Source: Mobula hypostoma
Lineage: Eukaryota
Assembly: GCF_963921235.1 (NCBI RefSeq)
Contig: NC_086097.1
Span: forward strand, 78,246,001 to 78,310,000
Direction of reading: 5' to 3'
Length of the DNA stretch: 64,000 nucleotides
Shown in pieces: positions 26,110 to 40,439 of the stretch (position 1 is the first letter of the stretch; every line of letters begins with the position of its first letter). Both the position numbers and the translations under genes were made by a program. The notes below the pieces were generated by a model. That model ran no database searches. It saw nothing but the letters and a program-made list of their open reading frames with translations, and was not told where the DNA came from.

Positions 26110-27690
26110 TGCATTAACTTCAACCTCCAAGAGAGCCTCAACCCACTACATTTTGGCTACTGCCAAAACAGGTAAGCAGACACCATCTCCCTGGCCCTAC
26201 ATTCACCTCTAATGACATCAATGTTAGACTATACTTTATTGACTACAGCTTTGCCTCCAATACAATAACTATAAACAAACTCATCTCTAAGCTTCTCTCA
26301 CTGTCAACAAAACAAAAGAGCTGGTCATTGACTTCAGAATGGGGGCAAGTGCACAATGGACAGTCTCTTGTTTACATCAGTGGTGCAGAGGATGAGAAGG
26401 TTGAGTGTTTCAAGTTCCTAGGAATGAACGTCACCAATAGCCTGTCTTGGTCTAACCACATTGTGGCCGAAAAAGCTCACCAGCACCCCTTCTTCCTCAG
26501 AAAGCTAAGGAAATTTGGCATGCCCCCTTTGACCCTCACCAATTTTTGTCAATGCACCATATAAAAGGCATTCTATTCGGACGCATCATGACTAGGTACG
26601 CCAACTGCTCTGCCTGTGACCATGAGAAATTGCAGGAGGTTATGGTCGCAGCTTAGCACATCCCAGAACACAGACTCCCCTCCAAGGACTCCGTCTTCAC
26701 TTCTTGATGCCGTAGTTAAGCAGCCAGTACAATCAAAGATCCGGTCTACCCTGGAAATTCTTTCTTCACCATCCTCAATTCAGATAGAAGATACAAAAAC
26801 CTGAAAGCACACATCCGCGGGCACAAGGTCAACTTCTATCCTTGAATTGCAGCTCAGATTTAGCTGCTTTTTGAGGCTTATCATGATAGTAATGGGGATG
26901 GACATAGAAGTTTAGGGGTCTGGTTATGGTTTAGGGCTTAGGGACAGTGATGTTGTGAGTCAGCCCAGAATCTAAGTCTCTGCCCCACGATCGAAGGCCA
27001 GTGATGAAGATGTGGGACATCTGTGGTTTTATGTTTGATGTCAAGCCAGCAGAGGGTATACAAGGGTTGAATCAGAAGTCTGGAAATCATGATCAGAACT
27101 GAGTCTGCTGGGGAGAAAGAAGCCCAAAATCTGCAGACCTCAGTCCAAGTCAGCTGGAGGCCTGTCATGGGGTTAGAGGACTGTGTATATGCATGCATGA
27201 GAGGGAGGGACGGGGACTTGTTTTGCTGTTGTTTTCTAGTTGCTTGTTGTGTTCTGTGTTGTTCTGCCAAGCATTGTGGGCAATCTATGTTGCCGCTGGA
27301 GTGTGTTACGACACTTGCGGGCTGACTCTAGTGCACACTTGGATATGCTGGTTATTAATGCAAACAATGCATTTTACTGTACATTTCAATGTACACATGA
27401 TAAATAAACCTGGATATGGAATCCATCCCACTGTTAGACTATTGAACAGTTCCTAAGTATGATAAAATGGACTCTTAACCTTACACAATCTACCTCATTA
27501 CGATCTTGCACCTTATTGTCTACCTGCACTGCACGTTCTCTGTAACACTTTATTCTGCACTCCATTAATGTTTTACCTTGTATGACCCCAATTCACCATG
27601 GTAACAAATTGATCTGTATGAACAGTGTACAAGATGAGTTTATTGCTGTACCTTAGTACATGTGACAATAATAATAAACCAAAGTGACTT
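26110..27690 (+). mobile_element. Rex1/Babar-like LINE fragment (26110-26840, resuming 27425-27690) interrupted by another repeat (~26850-27420)
   Basis: KVECFKFLG, FFLRKLRKFG fragments; the interrupting piece matches 50586-51107. Confidence 0.75.
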
Positions 27691-28325
27691 GTGAAATGTA
27701 TTCTTGAGAAGTACATGAAAAATTGCTTTTTTTTCTACACACATGAAAACTGTTGACGTTCGAAATACGGTGACATTAAACAGCCCAAATCTCACAGATG
27801 CTTAGTAGTGCAGGGTGCATCACAGCCTTGTGGACATTGTACCATGATTGTTCCATAAACATTCACAAATGGCTCTGGCTTTGGAAAAACATGCATTAAT
27901 ATCAGTATCTACATTGACTTTAAATGCAGATACTTCCTATGTCTAGTGCTTGCAGTCTGTATTTATCAAACTTATCTGTGATGGACCTATTTAAACTTCA
28001 ATTTTCTTCAGAGTAATAGTCAACCTGAATCCTAATTCCTATAAGCAGGTGCTCTCAAGAAAGCCACAGTAAGCTGGACTTTAACACTGGCTAAATGGAG
28101 CAAACATGCTTGGAATCTAAGGCATTCCACAAAAATATTCTTATAAGGTACCAATAATGATAAACTAAAGCACTCAGAATATTTACGATCACCACACCCA
28201 AATGCTTACAAGTAACATGGTTAAGTTATTAGAATTTTAGTGTGCGGGTTGTTGCTAACGCATTTTATTACAATTTCTCCTTTAATTGACCTTTTCTACC
28301 TGCAGCCTAGCATTGGATTCCTCAG

Positions 28326-28550
28326 GCAACAAAAAATCTGCTCGAGTAACTCAGCAGGTTGAGCAGCATCTGTGGGAGGCGGGGAATTGTCGACATTTTG
28401 GGTCAAAACCCTGTATCAGGAACTCATGCAAAGTTTCAACCCACAACATCAACAACTCTTTTCCTCCCAAAGATACTGCTCAAACTACTGAGTTCCTCCA
28501 GCAGACTGCTTGTTGCTCCAGATTTCAGCATCTTCAGTTTCTTGTGTCTC
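28326..28550. mobile_element. Palindromic copy of the Penelope-like terminal repeat family
   Basis: Inverted arms; minus-strand degenerate core CTGATAC-AGGG-TTTTGA-CCC-AAAA-T-GTC-GAC at ~28389-28419. Confidence 0.7.
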
Positions 28551-30987
28551 CATTTGATTCTTATACTTCTACAATGCATAGAATCACAAAAAGACAAATC
28601 AGCAATATTAAGATACAAAATTGAAGAGACAAATAAAAAAAAGTCCAAAATAAATTTGCAACAATGCAATACTTTCCAGGAATGGAAGTTAAACAGAAAA
28701 ATGACAGATTACTACTAGATTGCACGCATTCAATCCAAGAAACTGTGACCAAGGCTGCATTTAAACCCCATCACGGCAGCTAATAAAAAAAAAGCAAACA
28801 AAAATCTTCAGTGAAGATCTGGTCTCAAGTGGACATTAAACTATGGTATTGCAAAAACCCATGTGGATCATTAACACCTTTATGATATTATATGGTCTGG
28901 TACATACAGTATGTGACTTCATTCAAAGCAATGTAATTGACTCTTAACCATCCTCCAAAATGGCCAACTGTACTAAAACACTCATTTGCAATAGTAACAA
29001 TTTTGCTAACATGCTATGAACATTCTGCTCATTTGCATTTTAAGAAAGGAGTTCATTTTACCTTCTTTTCAAGGAAAGAAGGAGAAAAATCCAAAATTAA
29101 ACTTCAAAATAGATCTATTGAAAAATATCACTCACTGGAACTAATACTGTGGAAAGCACAAACTTATTCTGTGAAAATATATTACAGCAAACAAGAAGCA
29201 AAATAAAAAGCAGGCACCAAAACACAGCAACTGCAAGTACTAAGGCTTATAGTGTTTAGTTGACTGAAAATGAGAGCATTAACTCTTGAGCTTATTACAT
29301 TGATATTCTGCCAAATAAATATTAAGCTCTCCTTTAATTTCTACCAAATGGCACAATAATTAACCAACTCAGATAAACTTATTTCCAACGTAAATTTCAG
29401 GATAGAAATGTTTTTAAAATCATCTCCTTTTACTGACTTCATTTCAACCAGCAAGCATTAAATTGAAATATAATCAGAAAATTCTTCTACGTTAATATCA
29501 CCTCATTGTCAGCAATATTTATATCCACTTCACTGGCAGTGACATTTTCATCACCTAAAGAAAATAAAATAATAGAGCTGTATCAATGAAATGTTCAGAT
29601 TTAGAATTCCTCAAAGAGCATGTAACTGGTAAACTATACAGGCTAGCTCACCGTCCCTCCAGGAGATGGTTTATTGCTGAATAACTTATTGACAAAAGAG
29701 TTTGTTACCAACATTAAACAAGTCTGAGAATTGGTGGCCGGTTATATTCATCTCTGTACTTCAACTTGTACAACACATACTCCTGAATCTCTTTAATACC
29801 AACAAACAAAGATAAAATTCTCATTTGCGCTGGCAGTGCTGAAGCTCACACTTGAAGTGTAGGCAGATCCCAAAGGACAACTCTTACCTATTTCAGCTTT
29901 GTCTGGCCTTCAGGATAAGATCATGATAGAAAATGAGACAAGGATAGCAAAGTATTCTATGAGCAAAATAGATTGTAGCAAGTAATCGTATCCATACTAG
30001 AAAGTAATTAAAAATAGTGGTGAATGGTTAATCTTCAGAGGTAAACACATGTAGAGGCTATCTTATCTGGAGTAAGGTATAAGGCATATTAAAGACTTGA
30101 ATGGCTATATGAAGCAGATTTGCCCACAAAATATGCCTATAAAGGCAATGTCTACATGTGCAATAAAGCAGTGGAAAAAATAACTATCAACTATTAAGAA
30201 CTTCTCTATGGAATTTCTATTGGTGTTTGGAGCAAAGAAATGAAAATCGCTATAAAGTAGCTGAATCAAAATATTTGGTCTTTGTTTTCTGCAAATAGCA
30301 GTTCCCATTGCCTTTCAGACAGATCTTCCTTATTCTATATACATGCCTAATAAACAGCAGAAACTGCATTAAAAAAAAGTAGCTCAAAATTATAATCATA
30401 CAGTGGGGAAAGCAGACGTTGAACTCATCAAACCCACAGTCTTTGAAAATGCTTTTAAATTAATTCCACCTCTTTGTTCTTTCCACATATTGTTCACCAT
30501 TATTTTTCAATTCAAATACTTATTCAGATTCCTTCAGATAGCATCTCCAAGATCACAACAAAAGGCAGGCTTCATATTATCTACTTCTTGCCTGTTCTTT
30601 TACCAATCACCTTAAATAGGCACCTTCTCATTGCTGACCTATTGTCATACTTTATTCTGCTGACACCATCATAATTTTGAATATTTCCATCATTTCTCTT
30701 GTCCTTCCTGTTTTGAATGGTGTAGAAATTTATTCTGTACCTCTCTAAAACCCTGAATTCCTTCCTAAACTGGAAAGTAATATTCCAGCTGAATCCCAAC
30801 ATCACTTTAATAAAGGCTTAGTATAGATTTCTTACTTTTGATTTTAATTAATAAAATTAAAGATCTCTTGTGCTTTTTCTTGAAGCATTCTCACCCTATC
30901 CTCCCATATTTATGGTTATCTTCATGCCTTTCTGTTCCTGCACCCCTTTTAAAACTGTAAACATTTTCTACCCAAATGTATCACATA

Positions 30988-31731
30988 CAGTGGATTCCAG
31001 TTATTTGTGTCAGCAGTTAATCAAGACAGCCACTTATTTGGGACAACTCATAAAGAACAAAAACTAATCAAGAAAATAGCAGAGGTTCCCTTCATTTATT
31101 TAGGATTCTATGCCACTTAATTGAGGCAGGAGACTGTTGCCCAACAGTTTCCAACTACATCAGTTGCTTGCGTTTCCAAATTAGACTCAACATTGCTTCG
31201 AGTGAACAGTTTTTAAGTAGCATCCATTGCATGTGCTTATGTTCAAAAAGCAGCAATTTTTTGTCACTGATAATTGGGGATAAATAAGCAATAAGACAAT
31301 TCAGAACTGTTTGCTCACTATGGTTTCAAGCATTCAGGAATCCAGATGCCAGAAACGGCCAGGAGTGAAAATGAAACAATTTCGTAACTTCAGCAAGTTA
31401 GAAACTATGAAGAATGAAAATGAAGATTTGGAGGATGCAATAGTTAACAGCATTGTATAAAGGCAGTCCATTATCTGCCCTAGGTGGCTGCACGGATTTT
31501 GTTCATTTCCAGTCAAAAGAATAAAACGCGGATGAATTAGGAACTAATACACAGTTTTATAGTACTGTAATAGTATTGGTAGTGTTCTGATTTGTTCTGT
31601 ATTTCACTTAAATACATAATTTGTTGTTCCATTTGTCTTATTTATACCTTTTCAACTATTCCCATGAAACTTCAGCTAATTGGGCCAAAATGTACCAGTC
31701 CTGATGTGTCCCAATTAACAGAAATTCATTG
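30988..31731. mobile_element. Tigger/pogo-like non-autonomous DNA transposon
   Basis: TA flanks (30986-87, 31732-33); imperfect TIRs CAGTGGATTCCAGTTATTTG vs reverse complement CAATGAATTTCTGTTAATTG. Confidence 0.75.
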
Positions 31732-32679
31732 TATTCCCATTTTACCTTTTTGTCAATGCTTAGCGTTGTTGCTATCCTCCTGATTATTACCAGAGTTCTG
31801 AGTTTCATGTCATCTACAAACCATGGAATTATGGTCTCTATCCCTGGATCCAGGCCATTAATGCTGCGAACATTTGCAGTAGTCCTAACATTGATCTCTG
31901 TGCAACACCACTGTCCACATTCCTCCTGTCATAAAAGTGAACTTCACTACTCTTTTTTTCTGTCAGTTGTGTATCCATAATGCCACTGACCATTTCATCA
32001 CATGACTTTTAATCTTAGTTGCAATTCATTACCTGCTCCTTCTTGTGAGTCCGCAAACACAAAACATTACCTGCAAACCATCCTCATCTACACCCTATAA
32101 TGAATGAATCATATCAGCCAAATGTGATTTGTCTTGCACAGGTTTTTGCGAGGTCAATTAATTTTGTCCTAAGTTATTAACTTAAAAACATTTCCTCAAA
32201 ACATGCAATTGCTAACTTTATTTCACATTCCTTTTTAAAATATTTACTACCCTCTATTCTCAGGTACAATTTCTCTGTGTAATGATTGGAAGATTGTACC
32301 TATAGCTTCCACAATCTCTTTACCCCTTTCAGCTAACTAGAATGCTTTCTTGCAGATTATATGACTCTAGCTGAAAATAACATTTAATTTAACCCCTGTG
32401 AGAGTCCTTCTCACTACAGAATATAAAATAATATAACCCAATAAAAGTTACCGACTGCTGAGATACATCATTACTGCTCTGACAATATAATGAACAGACA
32501 GCATCTGTAGATAGAAGGGAGCACTGAGGTGAGACCAAAGCAGGAGTGTTAGAAACAGTTCTGGACTCCTTAAACAAGAAGTAGCATACTTAGCATGCAG
32601 GAAGCCTAACTTAAGGTTCACCTTGAATGGCAGACGCGTCATTTGGGCAGGGATTGGTTTGACTAGGCCTGTATTTCTA

Positions 32680-33360
32680 AGAGCAAAATGAGATGACAAT
32701 TCTGACAGAATTCAGCCGATGAAAAATAGGAAGGATGTTTCTCTGGCTGTATGGGATGGAAGGGTGAGACAAAAAGGTGGGAAGATGGGTCATGTTCTTT
32801 TGGATATAGATTAAGATCTCTAAGGCTGAGGCACAGAAAGATTTCATTTGGATACTAGGGGGGTCAATTTTATCACGCATAAGGCTGTGGAGGTCAATTC
32901 ATTAAAGATTCTTGAGAAGGAAATTGATCAATTTCTCAATACACAAGGAAAATGCTGAGGTACAGAGGAGATTCTCAAGGATGTTGCCTGGATCAGAAGA
33001 TTTTAGTTAGAGGAGGAGGTTAAATGGGCTGTGCTTCCTTTCCCTGGAACAAAGGAGGCTGGAAGGGTGACTCCTCAGTATATGCAATTTCGGGAGGCAG
33101 AGCTGGATAGATAGTCAAAATCTCTTTTCTGTAGTAAGGGTATCAAAAACAAGAGGGCATAGGTTGAAGGTGAGAGGTATGATCTAAGGGGCAAGTTTCT
33201 TTACACAGAGATTAGCTGATATCTAAATATGCTGACAGAAAAGGAGATAGAATTGTAAGCAGTTACCATGTTTAAGAGGCATGTAGGCAGACACAAGTCA
33301 AAAAAATAAGCTATAATGTGGACAAATGGGCTTAGAGTAGATGGGCAAAAAGGTTGGTTT
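32680..33360 (+). mobile_element. Degenerate CR1-like fragments
   Basis: aacaagagggcataggttgaaggtgagagg and other CR1 ORF2 3' motifs. Confidence 0.6.
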
Positions 33361-34754
33361 GAACATGGTGGGTAATAATCATTGAAGCAGCTCACCCTGC
33401 TCTTCTTGGGCACTGGTATGATTGTCACCTGATTAGATTGGTACGATTAGAGACTAGTTTAGCAAAATCCCTTGGGCTTTCCATAATAGATGAATTTTAA
33501 GATAATGAATCAGGGAGCAAAAGGAGAGAGAATTTTACAAAGGATTTAAATGAGATAAGCCATAAACCAGAGTGTGGATAGGTGTAATTCTGATTTCTAC
33601 TGAGGGCAAAATGAGATGTATCATAACTGATCTGACACTATAATGCAAAATATAGCACAATCAATTCAAATTAATGTTGAATCATTGGACATTAGAGTTC
33701 AAATAAACACAATGGCCTAATTTAACCATTTTTATCCTATCCTGTATTTGTGAGTAATTCCTCATTACTGCAATGAGATTAAGATTATAATGTCATTAAG
33801 ATTATAACTGACTTTTTACTTATCTTGATGGTCACATTTTCAGTCTTAAATGTATCTATGAAGAGACTTGCTGAGATATGCTGGACTGCATTAAAACTGC
33901 TTTTATAAATTTGTAGGTATATAAGTAATTTATTAAATTAGCATTCCTGGTTTGAAACTGTTACAAAGTTAAATATAATGTTATTTGTAAATCGTCTGGA
34001 AGTTAAGGAGCAGGGAAGTAGTGAGTTCAAAGGCACAGTATTTAAATTTGGGCCAAATTCCTAGCAACCAGCAAACAATTTATGCAATTAAGAGCATAAT
34101 TCACAACATAACATTACAGTACTTAAAAAGAATTCTGTGTTATTTTGTGAATCATAAATTACACAAAGATCAAGGATGAATTGTAAACAAAACGTTGATT
34201 GCAAATTGGTTGTGCAAAATGGGACATATGCAGGATAGACACAAAGAAGTGCACAAACTCAAGTTAACGAGGGACTCATTGTAAATTGAACACAGTATCA
34301 CTGTCAAATAACTTCAAACAAATGTATTAAAGTTTAACTATATCTTCCTACCTACATGTATTAATTGAAAACTGAATGGCTGTTTAGGGCTCCATTACGA
34401 CTGGATAATTGAAAAAAACTGTGACCTCACAACATTGACAAATAACTCTTTGTGCATAATTTGAGGCAAGCATGAGTAAGTAAAGTTTACTTTTTGAAGC
34501 ACATTCAAGACAATAAAGTTAATTGAATATATGAATTGTATTGAATTAGTTAAGGAGACCTTGCAAACTCAAAGGTTCATCTGCCTGACCTAATCATCAG
34601 AAGTATTCTCATCCAGATAAAAGAAGAAATCTGCCTTGAAATTCCAAATTAAAATGAAGCTGGCAAGAGAACAACACTTTTAATGTTTAATTCACCCATA
34701 TCCACTTATCACCTAAGTCTCACACAGCTTTGGGAGAAAGGATATAATTATTAC

Positions 34755-35313
34755 CTATGTGCGGCAGCTGTGGAATTGCAGGAGTGTTGTCGGTTGTTTG
34801 CTGCTCCTGTTCTGTGTCTCCATTAAGGTTTGAATCAACAAGGAAAGAGGGCTTTTTCCCTTGTTTAATCGCCAGTGCCCTGGTCAAGTAGGGCACCTCA
34901 TTGCTGCTTGGCATCAACTTCCCCACCTCTCCATCTGAGTTATCATCATCTGTTGTTGAAACTGCCAGCAATATTCCTGACAGTCTGTTAACGTTAGCCA
35001 GAACTCGGTTCCGATAGTAATTTGGGTCCTCACTCTCAGCCAATTGCTTGCTGCCTCCTTCTGCTCTGCCAGAAGACAGGGAAAGGCCAGATCTATGTGC
35101 CTCCTCCAAAAGCTGAGAAAGGACAGAGTCTGACAACCGTGGTGTATTAATTTCAATTATTGCCTGAGAACGTTGAGAACATAAGGAACTAGAAAGGTCA
35201 GAATCAGCATCCAAAATGTTATTTTCAAATATCTTTCCTGAACTTTGACATCGGATACAATCGTCCAATAAGGAGGTCAATGTCTCTTTTGGTAAGTCTG
35301 GCACGCCGTCAAT
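34755..35313 (-). CDS. FSIP1: Large 3'-proximal coding exon of fibrous sheath-interacting protein 1 (IDGVPDLPKETLTSLLDDCI...YLTRALAIKQGKKPSFL...PHI)
   Basis: 210-aa ORF 34720..35352. Acceptor ctttggttgcag| at 35313 (alternatives 35330, 35357); donor ATAG|gtaata at 34755. Motifs LLDDCI, LSDSVLSQLL and KKPSFL resemble the FSIP1 C-terminus as I recall it. Convergent position next to THBS1 matches known synteny. Confidence 0.78.
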
Positions 35314-35484
35314 CTGCAACCAAAGATCATCTGAGTAAGACATAGTATCCAATAAATCTACTTAATCATATTGAAACCTTATCTTCAAATTTTTCAGCAA
35401 TTAATAAATACATACAAGAAAAAAACAGTAATATAAAAAGGGATTCCTTAAACTCACCATAATTTTTTTTTAAATCATCAAAAA

Positions 35485-35760
35485 TGAGAGCACAGGTTTA
35501 AAGGAGAGGGAAAGGATTTAAAAGGGACCTGAGGGTCAACTTTTCACATCGTATGTATATGCAATAAATTGCCAGAGAAAGTAGTTAAGACAGGTAAAAT
35601 GGTGACATTTAAAAGATGTTTGGATAGATGCATGGATAGGAAAGGTTCAGAGGGATTTGGGCCAAATGCAGGCAAACAGGATTATATCAGTCAGGCTACT
35701 TGGTTACATGGATGAAATGGGCTGAAAGTGGGCTATTCCATGCTGTAGAGCTCTAAGACT
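35485..35760 (+). mobile_element. CR1-like 3' end
   Basis: gggctgaag...gctattccatgctgta tail; homologous to other CR1 copies. Confidence 0.65.
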
Positions 35761-36059
35761 GTAAGGTAGGAAAAACAACTACTTAATGTGTCAAAACCCC
35801 TCAAACATGGAATATACTGATTGTATTTTCTTGAGAAGCATGTGAAGATGATTCAGATTCTACTTACACCAGCAGATGCTAGAACCAGTGATCAACATTT
35901 AACATTTAGCACCAAAGTATGATTTCTAACAAGTTAGGCTATAGCAAAACAGACTAATTTTTAGCAAAATCATAGAAATTGACCTAAAAACCTGAGATTT
36001 CATTAGAATAATGAAAGGAAACAGAATGAGACTCCTGCAAATACTCATGACACTAGGAC

Positions 36060-36198
36060 TAAACACAAAAGATTCTGCAGATGCTAGAAATCCAGAGCAA
36101 CACACACAAAATGCTGGAGGAATCCAGCAAATATGGAGGGGAGTAAACAGTTGAGACTTCTCATCAGGTCCTGCTGAGTTCCTCCAGCATTTTGTGTC
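36060..36198. mobile_element. Internally deleted palindromic copy of the Penelope-like terminal repeat family
   Basis: cacaaaatgctggaggaa ... ttcctccagcattttgtg inverted arms; tcatcagg core remnant. Confidence 0.7.
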
Positions 36199-36989
36199 TG
36201 GGGCATTAGGTTTACTATTCTACTGTTTGTGCAGAGAGCAGAGACTGTTTTCTCAGTAGCAAAGCAGCAAAGTCTGTGTAACCATGATGTTTGGACACTT
36301 CAGATGGTATTACTCTCCTTCTCACTCAGATATTTGTACTGTACTATCCTCATGCTCACTCAATCCGGTGAGACTCTACGACTCATTCAAATCTGGCATC
36401 TGAAGGAAAAGTATACTAGTTCTGAATCAAGCTGATGTGACTATTAGATTATGTTTTAAAAGATAGTAAAATAATAAGGTATGTACACAATCCTGTTCCA
36501 GATTTAGTTAATCTTTATAATTCATACTTTTCTTATTGTAAAACTTGTATGAACCACACTTCAATTAGAGCTGAACTTCCCATATGGTTAATGAATGCTT
36601 GTTTTAATTTAATCCAGTGGCATTCAGTGACAATGTTACTGAGTAATTTTTGGGCCAAATGAGTGATTTGGCGCTTCGCTGTCTCCGAGTGAGTTCGGTG
36701 AGGTTTCAAGTGAAGCGTGCAGCCTTGAGGCCAGGAAGTCTGGAGACAGGGCGCAAGCCCATGATCAACTCCATTTCTTGCTGATCTTGCTGATTAAAGA
36801 ATCGGGGAAGATTTAAATCATTGAGGCAAGGGGGTATTCAGTGCTGCCTACCTGCCCATTGCTGTGTGTGATATTTTCTCTCTCTATCTCTCTCTCCCCC
36901 CTTTGATGCTCTTGGAGGATAGTTCCAGAGCTCTGGGTCATAGGCAAGGTTTATAATAGTTAGATCATATACATATACCTGTATATGAT

Positions 36990-37870
36990 TACATCAAGTA
37001 AGTAATGCAAAAAAAAAGTAGTAAGGTAGTGTTCATGGGTTCAACGTACATTCAGAAATCGGATGCCATAGAGGAAGAAGCTGCTCCTGGATTGTTGAGT
37101 GTGTGCCTTCAGGCTCCTGGGTGATGGATGCTGCCTTTTTGAGGCATCACTCCTTGAAGATGTCCTGGATGCTACAGAGGTTATGATCGAGCTGATTTGA
37201 GTTCACAGTTTCTACAGCTTCTTTCGATCCTAAGTAATTGAACCAGCCCCCCATACCAGACAGTGATGCAGCTGGTTAGAATGTTCTCCATGGTATATTT
37301 GTAGAAATTTGCAAGTGTCTTTGGTGACATACAAAATCTCCTCAAACTCTTAATGAACTATAGCCAATGTTGTGCCTTCTTTGTAGCTGCATTGATATGT
37401 TGGAGCCAGGATAGATCCTCAAAGATGTTGATACCCAGGAACTCGAAATTACTTACTTTTTCCACTTCTGATCCCTCTATGAGGACTGGTGACCAGTTCT
37501 TTGGTCTTACTGCGTTGAGTGCAATGTTGTTGCTGTGACATCACTCAGCTAGCTGATGTATCTCTCTCTAGTATGCCCTCTCATCAACATCCGAAATTCT
37601 GCCAACAACAGTTGTGTCACCAGCAAATTTATAGATGGCATTTGAGCTGTTGCCTAGCCACACAGTGATGGATGTAGAGAGAGTAGAGCAAAGGGCTAAG
37701 CACACATCCCTGCGGTATGCCAGTACTGATTGTCAGTGAGGTGGAGAGGTTATTTCCGATCGACACAGATTGTGCTCTTCTGGTGAAGAAAACGAGATCT
37801 GGTTGCAAAGGGAAGTACAAAGGACCATGTTTTGGAGCTTTTCAATCACAACTGTAGGAACGATTGTGTA
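36990..37870 (-). mobile_element. Rex1/Babar-like LINE RT fragment
   Basis: ORF 37629..37820: STGIPQGCVLSPLLYSLY. Confidence 0.85.
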
Positions 37871-38289
37871 AAAATTCCATGGGATTGATAAATTTAAAAA
37901 TAAAATTGGATACTGATTTGTAAAGGAACAGCACTGAATCTTACAGGGTAAACACCAAGTTGTGGATAGCTTTGATAAATAGCTCACAAGACATGATTAG
38001 CCAATGAACTTTTTTCAAGTAAGATTTTAACACACAAAGATATGATAAGCAAGATGACTTAAATTGGTGTTCATTCCCTAAAATGTAATTTCCTTTTTGT
38101 GATCCTATAATTTTCCATTCTGAAGAAGTAAATTTGAATGCTTAAATAAATACTTTTTAATATGTACCTAATTCATTCTGTTCTACATCCTTGTTGGTGA
38201 AGTTCTATATCTCAACACTGCTGTTTCACAGACCTTGATGAGCAAAATCCTTCTCCTTGGTCTAAATACACCACTATACAACTGAGTGT

Positions 38290-39400
38290 CAAACTTCCTA
38301 ATGAACAGATCTCAGACAATCATGATGCACAACCACACCTCCCTCCCTATCATACTCAACGCAGGTGTCTCCCAGGGCTGTGTGCTGAGCCCATTGCTGT
38401 AAACTCTGCTCACACATGACTGCATAGCCAAACATTGTCAAGCTCACCGATGACATGACAGTGGTGAGGCTCATCACCAGCAACGATGAGGCAGCCTACA
38501 GAGAGGAAGTGGCAGAGCTCGGGGCCAGTTGCCAAGCAAGTAACCTCTTCCTCAATATCAACAAGAAAAAGGAGGTGATTATTGACTTCAAGAGAACTCG
38601 CACCACTCACACTACTTTATATCAGTGCACAGCAGTGGAAGCTGCAAGCAGCTTTAAAGTCCTGAGAATGAACACCTCACACAAACTCTCATTGTCCCAG
38701 AATGCATCCTGCTCTCTCAGGAATACTCACCAATGGCTCTACTTTTTGAGGAGACTGTTGAGAGCAGGACTTTGCACATATTCATGTTATTCTACCGATA
38801 TACAGTAGAGAGCATCCTGACAAGCTGCATTACTGCTTGGTACAGAAACTGCACTGTGGTGGACAGGAAGGCTCTACAACGGGTAGGTAAAACTGCCCAA
38901 AGCATCACCGGCACCAGCCTACCGCCATCAAGGACGCATATACAGAAAGGTGCAGGAAAAGAACCAGTAGCGTAATGAAGATATCACCCACTCTGCTCAT
39001 GGTCGGTTTGCCCACTCCTGTCAGGGAGGAGGCTATGTAGCATCCACGCCAGGATCACCAGACTCAAAAACTGTAATTTCCCCAACCAGTAAGGCTGATC
39101 AACACCTCCACCCTCTAATGCACCCCTCCACACCCCCAATTATCACTACTTTATTATTTCCTGTTAGTTGCCTAAGTTCAGACACCCCTGTGCCTAATGT
39201 CACCTAATGGACATACAATTAACATATGTATATAAGCTATTTTACGTATTTATATTTATTGTGCTTTTTTAAAATTATTATTAACGTGTTCTTTATCTTT
39301 AGTAGTTTTTGTGTTGCATTGGATCCAGAGTAACAATTATTTTGTTCTCTTTTACATTTATGTACAGGAAATGACATTAAACAGTCTTGAATCTTGAATC
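38290..39400 (+). mobile_element. Rex1/Babar-like LINE 3' kb with tail
   Basis: DEAAYREEV, LYFLRRL, VESILTSCITAWY; ends tcttgaatcttgaatc. Confidence 0.85.
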
Positions 39401-40439
39401 ATTAATATTTCCCATCTATACTGTTATTGTTCACATTTGTTCCTGTTAGACAAGGCAGCTTTTGAAAGCAGAAAGGTGTTGATCTGATTAGTAGCTTTGT
39501 CGTATTGCGATACAGTATCCTTTCAGTCATTACATAAAGTAACAAGAGTGATTGGTACTGAGGGTGAGTGACTTACGTTAAAGCATCATCACATTGCGTA
39601 TTATTAACAGCCATTATATGTATATAACATGAAGTATTGCATGGATTCCAATGCCTAAAGAGACATGAAGTATCACAAGGTGCTTTTCGCTTTTGTGTAG
39701 AGAACTATCAGAACAATTGTGATATTTAAGTGAAATTAAAATAGTTTAAACAATATGCGTTTGTAATATCTTAGCAACCTATTATTACCAGTTTAATTAC
39801 AGAGAATGATTTTAAATGATATTATCGGGTCAGCACAAGCACACTTTGGTTTCTCACACCATCTCCAGCTGGAGTTGCATTGTCTTCTGGCATTAATACC
39901 ATGTAAATAATATGATTAGCTACACGGTTGGTTCTAAAAGTCTTCCATGTCCAGTCGATCAATTGAGAATCCGTCAGATCTCTTAATTTGTAGATCTGTT
40001 ACCAACCTAGTGATTTATTCTCTTTGATATACTGTACTATAGAGTAATTGATTGTATCAATAAGGTCCATGTTCCTCTTCACAGTTCCATCACACTAGTT
40101 TTTTTTTGTGCTTTCTGTGCCAAGTTATGTAAAGCTCTCTTCCCTTAACCTTCAGTATTTTTTAATAAATACTCAAATGAAAAATAAGGTCTATTTTCTG
40201 AGAAAAGTCTGCTGTGTTCTTATTTAACTTACTTCTCCTTGAGATAGGTACCAGTAATTCTGCTATCATTTCTAAGAACAAGCCAAATTCAGAAGATTGC
40301 TCTGCGATAGAGTGTTCTGAAAGGCTAATATGTAAGTGCAACAAGCAAGTAGGAAAGCTGGCAGAATGGTATTGAGAACTGCATATATATAAAGAGGGAG
40401 TTTCAGTTAGACAGGACGCTGGTGACACCAGATCTGGAA

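Noticed and set aside
29652..29723. 72-nt minus-strand candidate exon
   Set aside because: It hits a stop in the phase required by the 34755 donor; no homology recognised.
33778..33807. Short direct repeat ATTAAGATTATAA x2
   Set aside because: Local micro-duplication in AT-rich intron; no functional indication.
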